NCBI GenBank assembly: GCA_965223505.1
Contig: CBDCWP010000009.1
Location: forward strand, 1 to 64,000
DNA length: 64,000 nt
DNA from: Planctomycetota bacterium
GTDB lineage: Bacteria > Planctomycetota > PLA2 > JAEUHO01
Reading direction: 5' to 3'
Part shown: positions 32,540 to 42,272 of the stretch, one piece after another
Numbering within the stretch: position 1 is the first letter of the stretch
Layout: every line of letters begins with the position of its first letter
Translations under genes and position numbers: made by a program
The notes under the pieces: generated by a model
Seen by the model: the letters and a program-made list of their open reading frames with translations, nothing else
Told to the model about the DNA's origin: nothing
Databases searched by the model: none

Positions 32540-35092
32540 ATGAGTCACACCCCCCACCCCGCACCGGTCGAAGCGCTTCTCCAGCATCGCGCCTGGGTTC
32601 GCAATCTGGCCCGCAGCCTCGTTCGAGACGAGAACGCGGTCGACGATCTCGAGCAGCAGACGTGGATGGCCGCCATGCGCAAGCCGCCCACAGGCGCGGC
32701 GAAGCCGTGGCTCGGCGCCGTCGTGCGCAATCTCGCGAGCAAGTCGCGACGCGCACGGGGCCGTCGATCGGTGCGCGAGGAGCGCGCGGCGCGGCCGGAG
32801 CAGGTGCGCTCGACCGCCGCGGTCGTCGCGGAGGCGGAGGTGCACGAGCAGGTCGTGCGAGCCGTGCTGCGTCTGGACGAGCCCTATCGAACGACGCTGC
32901 TGCTGCGCTTCTTCGAGGGACTTCCGCCGCGTGAGATCTCCAAGCGCATGGAGGCGCCCGTCGAGACGGTGCGTGCTCGTGTGCGGCGCGGCCTCGAGCG
33001 CATGCGCGAGTCGTTCGACCGCGAGCACGGCGGCCGCAAGCGCTGGTGCCTGATGCTCGCGCCGCTCGCGCGAGTGGACAGGGGGACGACCGCAACGGCT
33101 TCGATGGGACTAGGAGCCATTCTGATGGGAGCCAAGATCAAGATCGCGCTCGGCGTAGCGGCCATCGCGCTGCTAGGCGTCTTCTTCTTCGCGAAACCCT
33201 TCGCGGACGACGAACCGCGGGAGGACGACGAGATCGTCGCCGACAACGACGGCATCGAACAGCAACCCGAGCTCGCCGGCAACCCGGACACGAAGCCCGA
33301 GGCGACACCGGCGCCCGAGCGCGCGCCCGAACCCGCCGTCGTCGGTGCCCGCATCCACGTCGTCAGAGGCGACACGAGCCTGGCCAATGCGGCCGTGCGC
33401 CTGGTCGATCGTGATGACGCGTCCTTCGAGCTCGTCACGAACGGGCGCGGACGCGTCGCGCTGCCCATCGGCCTCTCCGGGCCGGCGGTCGCGTTCGTCG
33501 TCACGCAGGACGGCGCCATGCAGCGCTTCCGGGCGCAGACGTTCGGTCCCGAGGAGACCGAGCTACGACTTGCCGAGGGACCGCCCATTCGGATTCGATT
33601 CACGGACGTCGAGGGCAAGGCGTTCACCGCTGCCGAGATCGAGGAACGCTTCGAGGCGTCCAAGACCCCGCGCACGATGAAGCTGCTGTCGAGCGCGATC
33701 TTCAACAGCGACAACCTGCTCGAAGCGCGCCTACGCGACCTGTCGAACTGGACCGTGGACGTCACGCTCGGTGCCGACGGCAGCGTGCTGCGACCGACAC
33801 CACGCCCCGCTGCGGGCACGTGGCGCCTGCTGACCTCGCGCCCCGGCTCGACACCCTTTCTGAGCGAGGCGTTCGCGCTCGCAGGCGAAGACGAGATCGC
33901 CGTCGACGTCGTCCTGGAACGCGAGCCGAAGATGGTACGGATTCGAGCCGTCGACGCCCGGACCGAAGAGCCGCTGAGCAAGGCGCGCGTCTATGCCGTT
34001 TTCGAGTACGGCGACGATGCCCTCTTCGTCAAGGAAGACGACCGGTTCGCCGACGCGTACGGGCAGATCGACCTTCCCGTGTTCCGGAACGTGACCGGAG
34101 CGTTTCAACGGGCGCCGACCTGGTGGATCGAGACGCCCACCCACGCACGCATGCTCACCGACAGCGAGCTCGTGCAGGCCGCAGAGAGGCTCGTCGTTCG
34201 CTGCGCGCGCCGGTTCGACGTCCGGGGCCGCGCCTATCTTCGCGACGGCACGCCCGCGGTCGGAAAGCGCGTCATGGCGATGATCGCCAAGCGTCATCCC
34301 ATGCGCACGACCGTGGCGGAGGACGGCAGCTTCGCGTTTCACGGTCTGCCGTACCGCAATCGCCTCAACCCGGGCGTATCGACGAACGTCAACGCCAAGG
34401 GTAGGGTCCCGATCATCTTGTTCGAGGATCCCGCCACCATGCAGGTTCGGATGGACAACGCGAACGCGCTGCCCGGAGAGACCGTCGAGGTCACGATCGG
34501 TACGCCCGGTGTCGCGGAGGAGACCGGAACCCTGCGAGGACGCGTGACTGCGGGCGGCACGCCGCTCGTCGGTGTCATGCTGATGGCGAAGACGAGCGGC
34601 AAGGACAGGCAGATCACGAAGACCGACGGCGAAGGCCGCTTCGACATCGGCGGGCTCAAGCCCGGCATGCTCTCGATGGCCTTGTTGTGCGGCGACCCGC
34701 GCGCATCCGACGACTACATGATCCAGACCGCCGACGAGGTCACCCGTGAGCTGCGCCCGGCGGAGCCGGTCGAGGTGAACTTCGATCTGCCGGGCGGCTT
34801 CATCAAGGTGACGGTGGTCGATGACAAGACGGGCAAGCCGCTGTCGGGGATCGCCGTCGCGGCGGAAGCGATGAAGCGCGAGGTCGATACGGAGCGCTTC
34901 CCGGGGTTCCGCTATGTACCCGGTTGGGCGGAGCTGACGAACGACCAGGGGGTCGCGCTGCTCAAGGGCGTGCCGGAGGGACTCGTTCGCGTTCGGCTCT
35001 ACTCGCGCGCCCACGGCGAGCACGAGCGCAAGGACCAGACCGCGGGCACCGCGGACGAGCCGCTCGAGGTCACTATCCGTCTCAAGAAGTAG
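32540..35092 (+). CDS. ECF sigma factor fused to a TM helix and extracytoplasmic carboxypeptidase-regulatory/Ig-like domains
   Basis: Sigma2 (WVRNLARSLV..DDLEQQTW..WLGAVVRN); sigma4 (LDEPYR..LRFFEGL..EIS..TVRARVRRG); TM IALGVAAIALLGVFFF; TDGEGRFDIGGLKPG-type repeats. Confidence 0.88.
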   Translation: MSHTPHPAPVEALLQHRAWVRNLARSLVRDENAVDDLEQQTWMAAMRKPPTGAAKPWLGAVVRNLASKSRRARGRRSVREERAARPEQVRSTAAVVAEAEVHEQVVRAVLRLDEPYRTTLLLRFFEGLPPREISKRMEAPVETVRARVRRGLERMRESFDREHGGRKRWCLMLAPLARVDRGTTATASMGLGAILMGAKIKIALGVAAIALLGVFFFAKPFADDEPREDDEIVADNDGIEQQPELAGNPDTKPEATPAPERAPEPAVVGARIHVVRGDTSLANAAVRLVDRDDASFELVTNGRGRVALPIGLSGPAVAFVVTQDGAMQRFRAQTFGPEETELRLAEGPPIRIRFTDVEGKAFTAAEIEERFEASKTPRTMKLLSSAIFNSDNLLEARLRDLSNWTVDVTLGADGSVLRPTPRPAAGTWRLLTSRPGSTPFLSEAFALAGEDEIAVDVVLEREPKMVRIRAVDARTEEPLSKARVYAVFEYGDDALFVKEDDRFADAYGQIDLPVFRNVTGAFQRAPTWWIETPTHARMLTDSELVQAAERLVVRCARRFDVRGRAYLRDGTPAVGKRVMAMIAKRHPMRTTVAEDGSFAFHGLPYRNRLNPGVSTNVNAKGRVPIILFEDPATMQVRMDNANALPGETVEVTIGTPGVAEETGTLRGRVTAGGTPLVGVMLMAKTSGKDRQITKTDGEGRFDIGGLKPGMLSMALLCGDPRASDDYMIQTADEVTRELRPAEPVEVNFDLPGGFIKVTVVDDKTGKPLSGIAVAAEAMKREVDTERFPGFRYVPGWAELTNDQGVALLKGVPEGLVRVRLYSRAHGEHERKDQTAGTADEPLEVTIRLKK

Positions 35093-35717
35093 CCTTGTCG
35101 CGCCGCGAGACGACCACGACCTGGCGCGCATAGTCGAGCGACAGCAGGCGGAAGAGCCAGCCGAAGACGAAGCGGCGCAGCACGCGGCGCACGGCCGAGT
35201 CGGCGTACCCCCTCGCGATGCGCGTCACCGTGAGGCCGCTCGCCTCGATCATCCCGGCGAGCTGGTCGTAACAGAGCGGCGTGCGGTGGGTCGCGTCGCG
35301 CGCGTACTCGTTCGGGTGGTAGACGTTCGGCGTGCTCAGCACGAGGTGGCCGTTCGGCTTGACGCGCTCTGCGATCGCGGCCAGCCAAGCGGCAATGTCG
35401 TCGCGGTCGATGTGCTCGATCACCTCGAATGCCGTGACGACGTCGAACGTGCCGGAAACGTCCGCGATGTGCGCGTGGTCGTGCGGGTGACGGGTGTCGG
35501 GGTCGACGGACGTGTACGTCGCGCTCGGCCGCTCGCGCTCCAGGATCTGCCCGACCCGCTTCGCGCCGGCGCCGACGTCGAGCACCGCCGCCGCGTCCGC
35601 CACCAGCGGGAGCAGCTCCTTGTGCACGCGCTTGACCAGGGGCAGGTCGTAGATCGACCCGAACCGGCGCTGGATGTCACGGCGTCGCTCGTACAGGTCC
35701 GACCACGCATCCGGCAT
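35082..35717 (-). CDS. Class I SAM-dependent methyltransferase
   Basis: VLDVGAG, FDVVTAFEVIEH, KPNGHLVLSTPN. Confidence 0.88.
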   Translation of the reverse strand: MPDAWSDLYERRRDIQRRFGSIYDLPLVKRVHKELLPLVADAAAVLDVGAGAKRVGQILERERPSATYTSVDPDTRHPHDHAHIADVSGTFDVVTAFEVIEHIDRDDIAAWLAAIAERVKPNGHLVLSTPNVYHPNEYARDATHRTPLCYDQLAGMIEASGLTVTRIARGYADSAVRRVLRRFVFGWLFRLLSLDYARQVVVVSRRDKATS

Positions 35718-35719
35718 CG

Positions 35720-36700
35720 CTAGAGGGTCCGCGCGACGTCGGCGGCGGCGTAGCTCAGGATGACGTCGGCGCCCGCACGCTTGATGGCGGTGAGACACTC
35801 GAGCATGACCGCGTCGGCATCGATCCAGCCCTTCTCCGCCGCCGCCTTGACCATCGCGTACTCCCCGCTCACGTGATACGCGGCGACGGGGACGGCAACG
35901 TGCTCCCGCACCAGCTGAACGACGTCGAGGTAGGCAAGCGCGGGTTTCACCATGACCATGTCGGCGCCCTCGTCGATGTCGAGCAGGACCTCGCGCAGGG
36001 CTTCGCGCGCGTTCGCCGGGTCCATCTGGTAGGTCTTCTTGTCGCCGCCGCGGGGTTCCGAGTCCAGCGCCGAGCGGAAAGGCCCGTAGAGCGACGATGC
36101 GTACTTGGCGGCATAGGACAGGATGCCGACGCCCGTGTGGCCCGCCTCGTCGAGCGCCGTGCGGATGGCCGCCACCCGTCCGTCCATCATGTCCGAGGGG
36201 GCGACGAGGTCGGCCCCCGCCTCCGCCTGGGAAACCGCCATCGCGGCGAGGATCGGCAGCGTGTCGTCGTTGACGACCTCGCCCTCGCGAACGACGCCGT
36301 CATGACCGTCCGACGAGTACGGGTCCATGGCGACGTCGGTGATGACGGCAAGCGTCGGAATCTCGTTCTTCAGCGCGCGTACGGACTGCTGTAGCAGGCC
36401 GTAGGCGTTGGTCGACTCCGTTGCCCGGCTGTCCTTCTTCTCGTCACCGATCGCCGGGAACAGTGCGACGGCGGGAATGCCCAGTGCATGGGCGTCGCGT
36501 GCCTCCTCGATCAAGACGTCGATGCTGTATCGATGACAACCCGGCATTGCGTCGATCGGTTGTCGCTCGCCCTCACCGTCGACGACGAACATCGGCAGGA
36601 TGAAATTTGTAGGCGCAAGGCGGGTTTCGCGAACGAGGGATCGAATCGCGGCCGTGCGCCGGTTACGCCGCGGTCGGGACCGTAGGTAGTCGAGGCTCAT
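35720..36700 (-). CDS. hemB: Porphobilinogen synthase
   Basis: RPRRNR, DVAMDPYSSDGHDG (Asp-type, no Zn-Cys site), SDMMDGR, YGPFR, MVKPAL, YHVSGEYAM. Confidence 0.97.
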   Translation of the reverse strand: MSLDYLRSRPRRNRRTAAIRSLVRETRLAPTNFILPMFVVDGEGERQPIDAMPGCHRYSIDVLIEEARDAHALGIPAVALFPAIGDEKKDSRATESTNAYGLLQQSVRALKNEIPTLAVITDVAMDPYSSDGHDGVVREGEVVNDDTLPILAAMAVSQAEAGADLVAPSDMMDGRVAAIRTALDEAGHTGVGILSYAAKYASSLYGPFRSALDSEPRGGDKKTYQMDPANAREALREVLLDIDEGADMVMVKPALAYLDVVQLVREHVAVPVAAYHVSGEYAMVKAAAEKGWIDADAVMLECLTAIKRAGADVILSYAAADVARTL

Positions 36701-36709
36701 GATGCGCGG

Positions 36710-37624
36710 CTACTCTACCGTCAGAGCCGTGCGGCCCCATAGCCACGCCGCGCCGAACACGCCCGCGCTGTCGCCCAACTCGTGTTTTCGTATGGGTGTT
36801 CGAAGCGTCGGACTGAACAACATCGCCTCGATCGCCGGCGGACCTCGCTCGTACAGCACGGCCGCGTTCGCCATCCCGCCGCCCAGGACGACGACGTCCG
36901 GGTCGAGGACGTGAATGATCCGCGCGAGCCCCTCTCCGAAGAACCCGAGGTAGCGCTCGACCGCACGAACGGCGGCGACGTCCCCGCGACCTGCGCGCTC
37001 GAACACCTCCGCGGCGCCGACGCGTCCCGCACCGCTCAGGCGTTGGTAGTCGGCTTCGAACCCCGGTCCGGACAAGCGCGTCTCGACGCAGCCGTGCAGG
37101 CCGCAATAGCACCGCGGCTGCGTGCCGTCCTCGAGATCGGCGATGGGGCTGTGGCCCCACTCGCCCGCGATGCCATGAACGCCGTCACGCACCTCACCCT
37201 TCCAGACAAGGCCGCCGCCCACCCCCGTGCCGAGGATGATGCCGAACACGACGTCGCCGTCACGTCCGGCCCCGTGGAGCGCTTCGGCGACGGCGAAACA
37301 GTTGGCGTCGTTCGCCACGCGCACCGGACCGTCGAGGCGCTCTTCGAGGTCACGCTGCAGCGGCCTGCCGATCAGCTCGGTCGTGTTCGCGTTCTTGACC
37401 GTGCCCGTCGTCTTCGAGATCGCACCCGGGATGCCGACGCCGACGGTCGCGTCGGTCTCGGCGCGCGCCCGCAGATCCGTCGCGAGCCGAGCGACCGTCT
37501 CGACGATCGCCTCGTAGCCGGCGTCCCGCGGCGTCGGGACGCGCTCTCGGGCGCGCACACCTCCGTTGGCGTCGAGCAGCACGCCTTCCGTCTTCGTCCC
37601 GCCCAGGTCGATGCCGATGCGCAT
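36710..37624 (-). CDS. ROK family sugar kinase (Mak/fructokinase-like)
   Basis: GIDLGGTKTE, NDANCFA, GTGVGGG, GEWGH, CYCGLHGCVE, GDSAGVFGAA. Confidence 0.9.
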   Translation of the reverse strand: MRIGIDLGGTKTEGVLLDANGGVRARERVPTPRDAGYEAIVETVARLATDLRARAETDATVGVGIPGAISKTTGTVKNANTTELIGRPLQRDLEERLDGPVRVANDANCFAVAEALHGAGRDGDVVFGIILGTGVGGGLVWKGEVRDGVHGIAGEWGHSPIADLEDGTQPRCYCGLHGCVETRLSGPGFEADYQRLSGAGRVGAAEVFERAGRGDVAAVRAVERYLGFFGEGLARIIHVLDPDVVVLGGGMANAAVLYERGPPAIEAMLFSPTLRTPIRKHELGDSAGVFGAAWLWGRTALTVE

Positions 37625-37718
37625 GGTCCCGAGACTACGGCGAACCCGGTGGCGGGCGAACCGCGAAGACGGCGGAAGCGGTAGACTCTCGCTCCCATCT
37701 GCAAGGGAGAGATTGACC

Positions 37719-40700
37719 GTGCGAGCCCCCGACCTTCGGCCCCGAACTTGGATGCTGCTTGCGGCGCTTTGCGGCGTCCTCGCCGGGACCCCGGCCGACG
37801 CGAACGCCCAAGATCAGGAGCCGATGCGGCTCGTACCGTCGATGGATCTCTCTCCCGACGGGAAGCAGCTCGTCGTGGCGTGGCGCGGCGACCTGTGGAT
37901 CGCGTCGACGTCCGGCGGTGAAGCGCGGCGGTTGACCCACCACCCCGCCAACGACCACATGCCGTGGGTCTCGCCCGACGGGACCCGCGTGGCGTTCCTC
38001 AGCAACCGCACGGGCGTCGATCAGGTCTGGCTGATCGCGCTGGACGGCGGACCCGCGAAGCAGGTCACGCACCACACCGAGGGGTTCGGCCTGTATGGCT
38101 GGTTTCCGAGTGGCGACGCCGTGTTGGTCCGGGCCCGGCACGACCATCACTGGCGCCAAGGGCTGCGTTTCTTCAAGCGCACGCTCGATCCGATCGATCC
38201 CCTCGAGCTGCTGTTCGACGCCTACGGCGGCAGCGCGTCGATCTCCCCCGACGGCAAGCACATCGTGTTCGCCCGGGAGGGCGAGCGCTGGTGGCGCAAG
38301 GGCTATGTCGGCCCGCGCGCGTCGCAGATCTGGACGTACGACCTGGAGAAGAAGACGTTTCGAAAGTTGACCGACGGCGAACACGGCGAGCGCTGGCCGT
38401 TGTGGATCGACAGCGACTCGCTCTATTTCGTCAGCCAGGCAGACGGGACGTTCAACCTCTGGCGCATGAACCGCGACGGGACGAAGCGCAAGCAGTTGAC
38501 GTTCCTGAAGGACGACGGCGTGATGTTCCCGCACGTCAGCGCAGACCGTTCGACGCTCGTGTTCCGGCGCCTCTTCGATCTGTACACGTACGATCCGAAA
38601 GAGGGTGGCGAGCCGCGGCACGTGTCCCTCGTCCATGCCGGAGACCGGGAGATCGAACGCGTGCAGCGTCGCACCGTCACGCGCGCGAGCGCGGCGGCCT
38701 TCACCGACGACGCCCGCGAGATCGCCATCGTGGCCGATGGCGACGTTTGGGTCATGGACACGGAGCTGCGCGAGCCCAAGCGCGTGACGCACACGGCCGC
38801 CGAGGAGCGCGACCCCGTGTTCTCACCGGACTTCAAGACGCTGTACTTCGTGAGCGATGCGCTCGGCACCCCGGACGTGTTCAGCGCGACACGCGCGGAC
38901 GAGACGAAGTACTGGTGGCAGAACGACGAGTTCGTCATGAAGCGGCTCACGAACGACGAGGAGGTCGAAGCGGGCCTGCGCTTTACGCCGGACGGCAAGC
39001 GAATCAGCTTCGTCAAGGGCCGCGGGGATCTGTGGACCATGACCCCGGACGGCACGGATGCGATTCGCGTGCTCTCGTCCTGGAACCGTCCGGACTACGA
39101 CTTCTCCCCCGACGGGAATTGGGTCGCCTACGCGCTCAGCGACAACGACTTCAATCGCGACGTGTTCATCACCAAGGCCGACGGAACCGGCGAGCCCGTC
39201 AACGTGTCGCGCCACCCGGATGACGAGACCAGTCCGCGCTGGTCGCCCGACGGCAAGGTACTGGCCTTCGTGGGCCGGCGTTGGGAGCAGGAATTCGACA
39301 TCTACTACGTGTGGCTCCAGAAGCCGGACGACGAACGCAGCAGCCGTGACCGCAAGCTCGAGAAGGCGCTCGAGAAGATGGCGGGCCGGAAGAAGAAGAA
39401 ACCCGGCAAGGCGGCGGACACGACGAAGCCGACGGCCGAGAAGCATCCGACGACCGGGACGTGGAGCGGGCGCCTGAAGGGCGAGCCTCCGATCCCCCCC
39501 GACGGTTTGGAGATCACCCTCGTCATCACCCGCAACGAAGACGAATCGCTGGTCATGCGCCTCGAGGTGCCGGGGCAATTCGATCTCGCCGACGTCCCGT
39601 TCACGTTCGACGACGAGACCAACAAGGTGTCGTTCGAGGTCGCGTCGCCACTCGGCCTTCTCAAGGGCGAGGGCACCAAGTCCGGGAAGGTGATCGAGGG
39701 CGCGTGGTCCATCGAAGGCACGATGTCGGGCACGTTCCGGGTCGAGCGACAGTCCGAAGAGCCGACGAGCGGCGACGCCGGCGCTGCGGACACCTCGACG
39801 CCGGCGGCGAAGAAGACCTCCGAGAAATCCGCAGAGACGCCGAAGCCGATCGAAATCGACTTCGACGGCATCGCCGATCGCGTGCGGCGCATCACGATCA
39901 ACGACTCCACCGAAGGCAACTTGATCTGGTCGCACGACTCGAGGCGCCTGGCGTTCACCGCGACGGTCAACGGGGCGATCGGGACGTACACCGTCACGTT
40001 TCCCGACGAGCTGACGCCCAAGCTGCTGTCAGCGACCCGCGGATCGAACGGACGTTGGCTCAAGGAGGGCAACCAGATCGTCTGGCTCGTCGGCGGTCTA
40101 CCGGCCACGCTGAGCGGTCTCGATGGCAAGCCTGCCCGATCCGGTGGCCCTCGCTCGACGTCGTACGCTTTCCAGGTTCAGAACGAGATCGACCTTCCCT
40201 CCGAACACGCGGCGGCCTTCGATGTCGCGTGGCGCATCATGCGGGACAACTGGTACGACGCGCGCATGAACAACCGCGACTGGGATGCGGTGCGCCGCAA
40301 GTACCGCCCCATGGCGAAGGCGTGCCTGCGGCGTGACGAGCTGGAGCTCGTCGTGAACTTGATGCTCGGTGAGCTCAACGGCTCCCACCTCGGGTTCCGC
40401 GCCTCCAAGACGGCCTGGACGGCGCCCGGCTGGAAGCAAGTCACCGGACACCTCGGGCTGCGCTACGACCCGTCGTTCGAGGGACCCGGATTGAGGGTGC
40501 GCGACGTCGTCCCGCGTTCCCCGGCCGACCTCGCGAAGCACCGCATCGAGGCCGGCGAGATCGTCACGTCGATCGACGGGCGCCCGGTCGAGCCGTACAC
40601 CAATCTCGTTCCGATCATGACCGGCGTCCCCAACCGTTCGATCGAGGTCGAGGTGCGCAACGCAGAAGGCGAAGAACGCACGCTCGCGATCCGGCCGACG

Positions 40701-41402
40701 ACCTACGCGGCGATCCGCGGTCTCATGTACGACTACTGGATCGACCGCACGCGCGCCAAGGTGGACGAGCTGAGCCAGGGATCGCTCGGCTACCTCCACG
40801 TGCGCGGCATGAACTGGTCGAGCTTTCAACGATTCGAGGCCGAACTGTACAAGGCCGGCCACGGCAAGGACGGGTTGATCATCGACGTACGTGAGAACGG
40901 GGGCGGGTTCACGACCGACCACCTGCTCACGTGCCTCACGCAGCCACGCCATGCGATCACCGTTCCGCGTGGCGGCGGGCCGGGGTACCCCCAGAGCCGC
41001 ATGGTCTACGCGAGCTGGCACAAGCCGATCGTCGTGCTCTGCAACCAGAACAGTTTCAGCAACGCGGAGATCTTCAGTCACGCGATCAAGAGCCTGAAGC
41101 GCGGCAAGGTCGTCGGGGTGCAGACCGCAGGCGGCGTCGTCAGCACCGGCGGCGCACGCGTCATGGGCGTAGGCAGTCTGCGCCTGCCGTTCCGCGGCTG
41201 GTTCGTGAAGGACACGGGGCTAGACATGGAGCTCAACGGGTGCGTACCGGACATCACGGTGTGGCCCGAGCCGGGCGAGGCGGCGGCGGGCAAGGACCGG
41301 CAGCTCGAGGCCGCAGTGGAGGCGTTGTCCGCTTCGGTCGCGGAGTGGAAGGCGCGTCCCCGTCCGAAGCTCGTTCCCGCCAGCGAACGACGGACGAAGT
41401 GA
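37719..41402 (+). CDS. Tricorn-like S41 protease (PD40 propellers, PDZ, catalytic domain)
   Basis: Signal peptide; SPDG repeats; GELNGSH; PDZ; DVRENGGG; SFSNAE catalytic Ser; GVQTAGGV. Start approximate. Confidence 0.92.
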   Translation: MRAPDLRPRTWMLLAALCGVLAGTPADANAQDQEPMRLVPSMDLSPDGKQLVVAWRGDLWIASTSGGEARRLTHHPANDHMPWVSPDGTRVAFLSNRTGVDQVWLIALDGGPAKQVTHHTEGFGLYGWFPSGDAVLVRARHDHHWRQGLRFFKRTLDPIDPLELLFDAYGGSASISPDGKHIVFAREGERWWRKGYVGPRASQIWTYDLEKKTFRKLTDGEHGERWPLWIDSDSLYFVSQADGTFNLWRMNRDGTKRKQLTFLKDDGVMFPHVSADRSTLVFRRLFDLYTYDPKEGGEPRHVSLVHAGDREIERVQRRTVTRASAAAFTDDAREIAIVADGDVWVMDTELREPKRVTHTAAEERDPVFSPDFKTLYFVSDALGTPDVFSATRADETKYWWQNDEFVMKRLTNDEEVEAGLRFTPDGKRISFVKGRGDLWTMTPDGTDAIRVLSSWNRPDYDFSPDGNWVAYALSDNDFNRDVFITKADGTGEPVNVSRHPDDETSPRWSPDGKVLAFVGRRWEQEFDIYYVWLQKPDDERSSRDRKLEKALEKMAGRKKKKPGKAADTTKPTAEKHPTTGTWSGRLKGEPPIPPDGLEITLVITRNEDESLVMRLEVPGQFDLADVPFTFDDETNKVSFEVASPLGLLKGEGTKSGKVIEGAWSIEGTMSGTFRVERQSEEPTSGDAGAADTSTPAAKKTSEKSAETPKPIEIDFDGIADRVRRITINDSTEGNLIWSHDSRRLAFTATVNGAIGTYTVTFPDELTPKLLSATRGSNGRWLKEGNQIVWLVGGLPATLSGLDGKPARSGGPRSTSYAFQVQNEIDLPSEHAAAFDVAWRIMRDNWYDARMNNRDWDAVRRKYRPMAKACLRRDELELVVNLMLGELNGSHLGFRASKTAWTAPGWKQVTGHLGLRYDPSFEGPGLRVRDVVPRSPADLAKHRIEAGEIVTSIDGRPVEPYTNLVPIMTGVPNRSIEVEVRNAEGEERTLAIRPTTYAAIRGLMYDYWIDRTRAKVDELSQGSLGYLHVRGMNWSSFQRFEAELYKAGHGKDGLIIDVRENGGGFTTDHLLTCLTQPRHAITVPRGGGPGYPQSRMVYASWHKPIVVLCNQNSFSNAEIFSHAIKSLKRGKVVGVQTAGGVVSTGGARVMGVGSLRLPFRGWFVKDTGLDMELNGCVPDITVWPEPGEAAAGKDRQLEAAVEALSASVAEWKARPRPKLVPASERRTK

Positions 41403-41412
41403 CGCGCCGTAG

Positions 41413-41523
41413 GTAGGGGCAGCCCTTGTGGCTGCCCAACCTGGGACGCGCATGATCGAGACTGCGGTCATCCCTTGTGGCTGCGCAACCAGGGACGCGC
41501 CGCGCCCAGGAGTCGCCCCTACA
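41413..41523. repeat. GTAG-type REP-like repeat
   Basis: GTAGGGGCAGCCCTTGTGGCTGCCCA (26 nt, identical to 4890-4915); partial second copy CCCTTGTGGCTGC; terminal GTCGCCCCTAC; between convergent genes. Confidence 0.8.
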
Positions 41524-42187
41524 TCAACGTCACGAAGTCCTCGAGGCGCTTCTTCGTGATCGCCGGCACCTGCGCGTCCGGGGCTGGATAGCCGACCACG
41601 AGCAGCAGGAACGGTCGCTCGTTCTTCGGCCGTGAGAGGATCTCGTTGAGAAAGCCCATCGGGCTGGGTGTGTGCGTGAGCGTTGTGAGCCCGGCACGAT
41701 GCAGCGCGGCGATGAGCATCCCGGTCGCGATGCCGACGGACTCGTCGACGTAGTAGCGCTTGATGGTGCGGCCGTCCTCGGCGACGCCGTAGCGCTCCCC
41801 GAAGATCGCGATGAGAACCGGCGCCGTCTCGAGGAACGGCTTCTTCTCGTCCGTTCCCAGCGCCGCCAGCGCGTCGAGCCACTCCTGGGGTGCGCGCTCG
41901 CGGTAGAACGCGCGCTCCTCGGCCTCCGCCGCCTTTCGGATCTTCGACTTCACCTCGGCGTCTCGAATCACCACGAAGTGCCAGGGCTGCATGTTGGCGC
42001 CGCTCGGCGCGGTGCCGGCCGCCCGCAGGCAGTCGTCGATGACGTCTTGCGGGACGTCGCGCTCCGCGTAGTCGCGAACGGTGCGGCGGCCGCGCAGCTC
42101 TTCGTAGAAGGCGCGGGCGCGGCGCTTCATCTCGTCCGTGTCCAGCGCCTGGAAGGTCAACGGTTCGAAGGCGGGTTCGGTCGTCAT
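41519..42187 (-). CDS. Nitroreductase family, iodotyrosine deiodinase-like
   Basis: [55 protein letters not shown]. Confidence 0.88.
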   Translation of the reverse strand: MTTEPAFEPLTFQALDTDEMKRRARAFYEELRGRRTVRDYAERDVPQDVIDDCLRAAGTAPSGANMQPWHFVVIRDAEVKSKIRKAAEAEERAFYRERAPQEWLDALAALGTDEKKPFLETAPVLIAIFGERYGVAEDGRTIKRYYVDESVGIATGMLIAALHRAGLTTLTHTPSPMGFLNEILSRPKNERPFLLLVVGYPAPDAQVPAITKKRLEDFVTLM

Positions 42188-42272
42188 GCCGCCAGTCTCA
42201 CCGAACGTCCGTTCGCTTCCAAACCGGGCGCCCCTGGTTGCCACCCCCGAAAGCGGGTAGAAGGACACTGCC

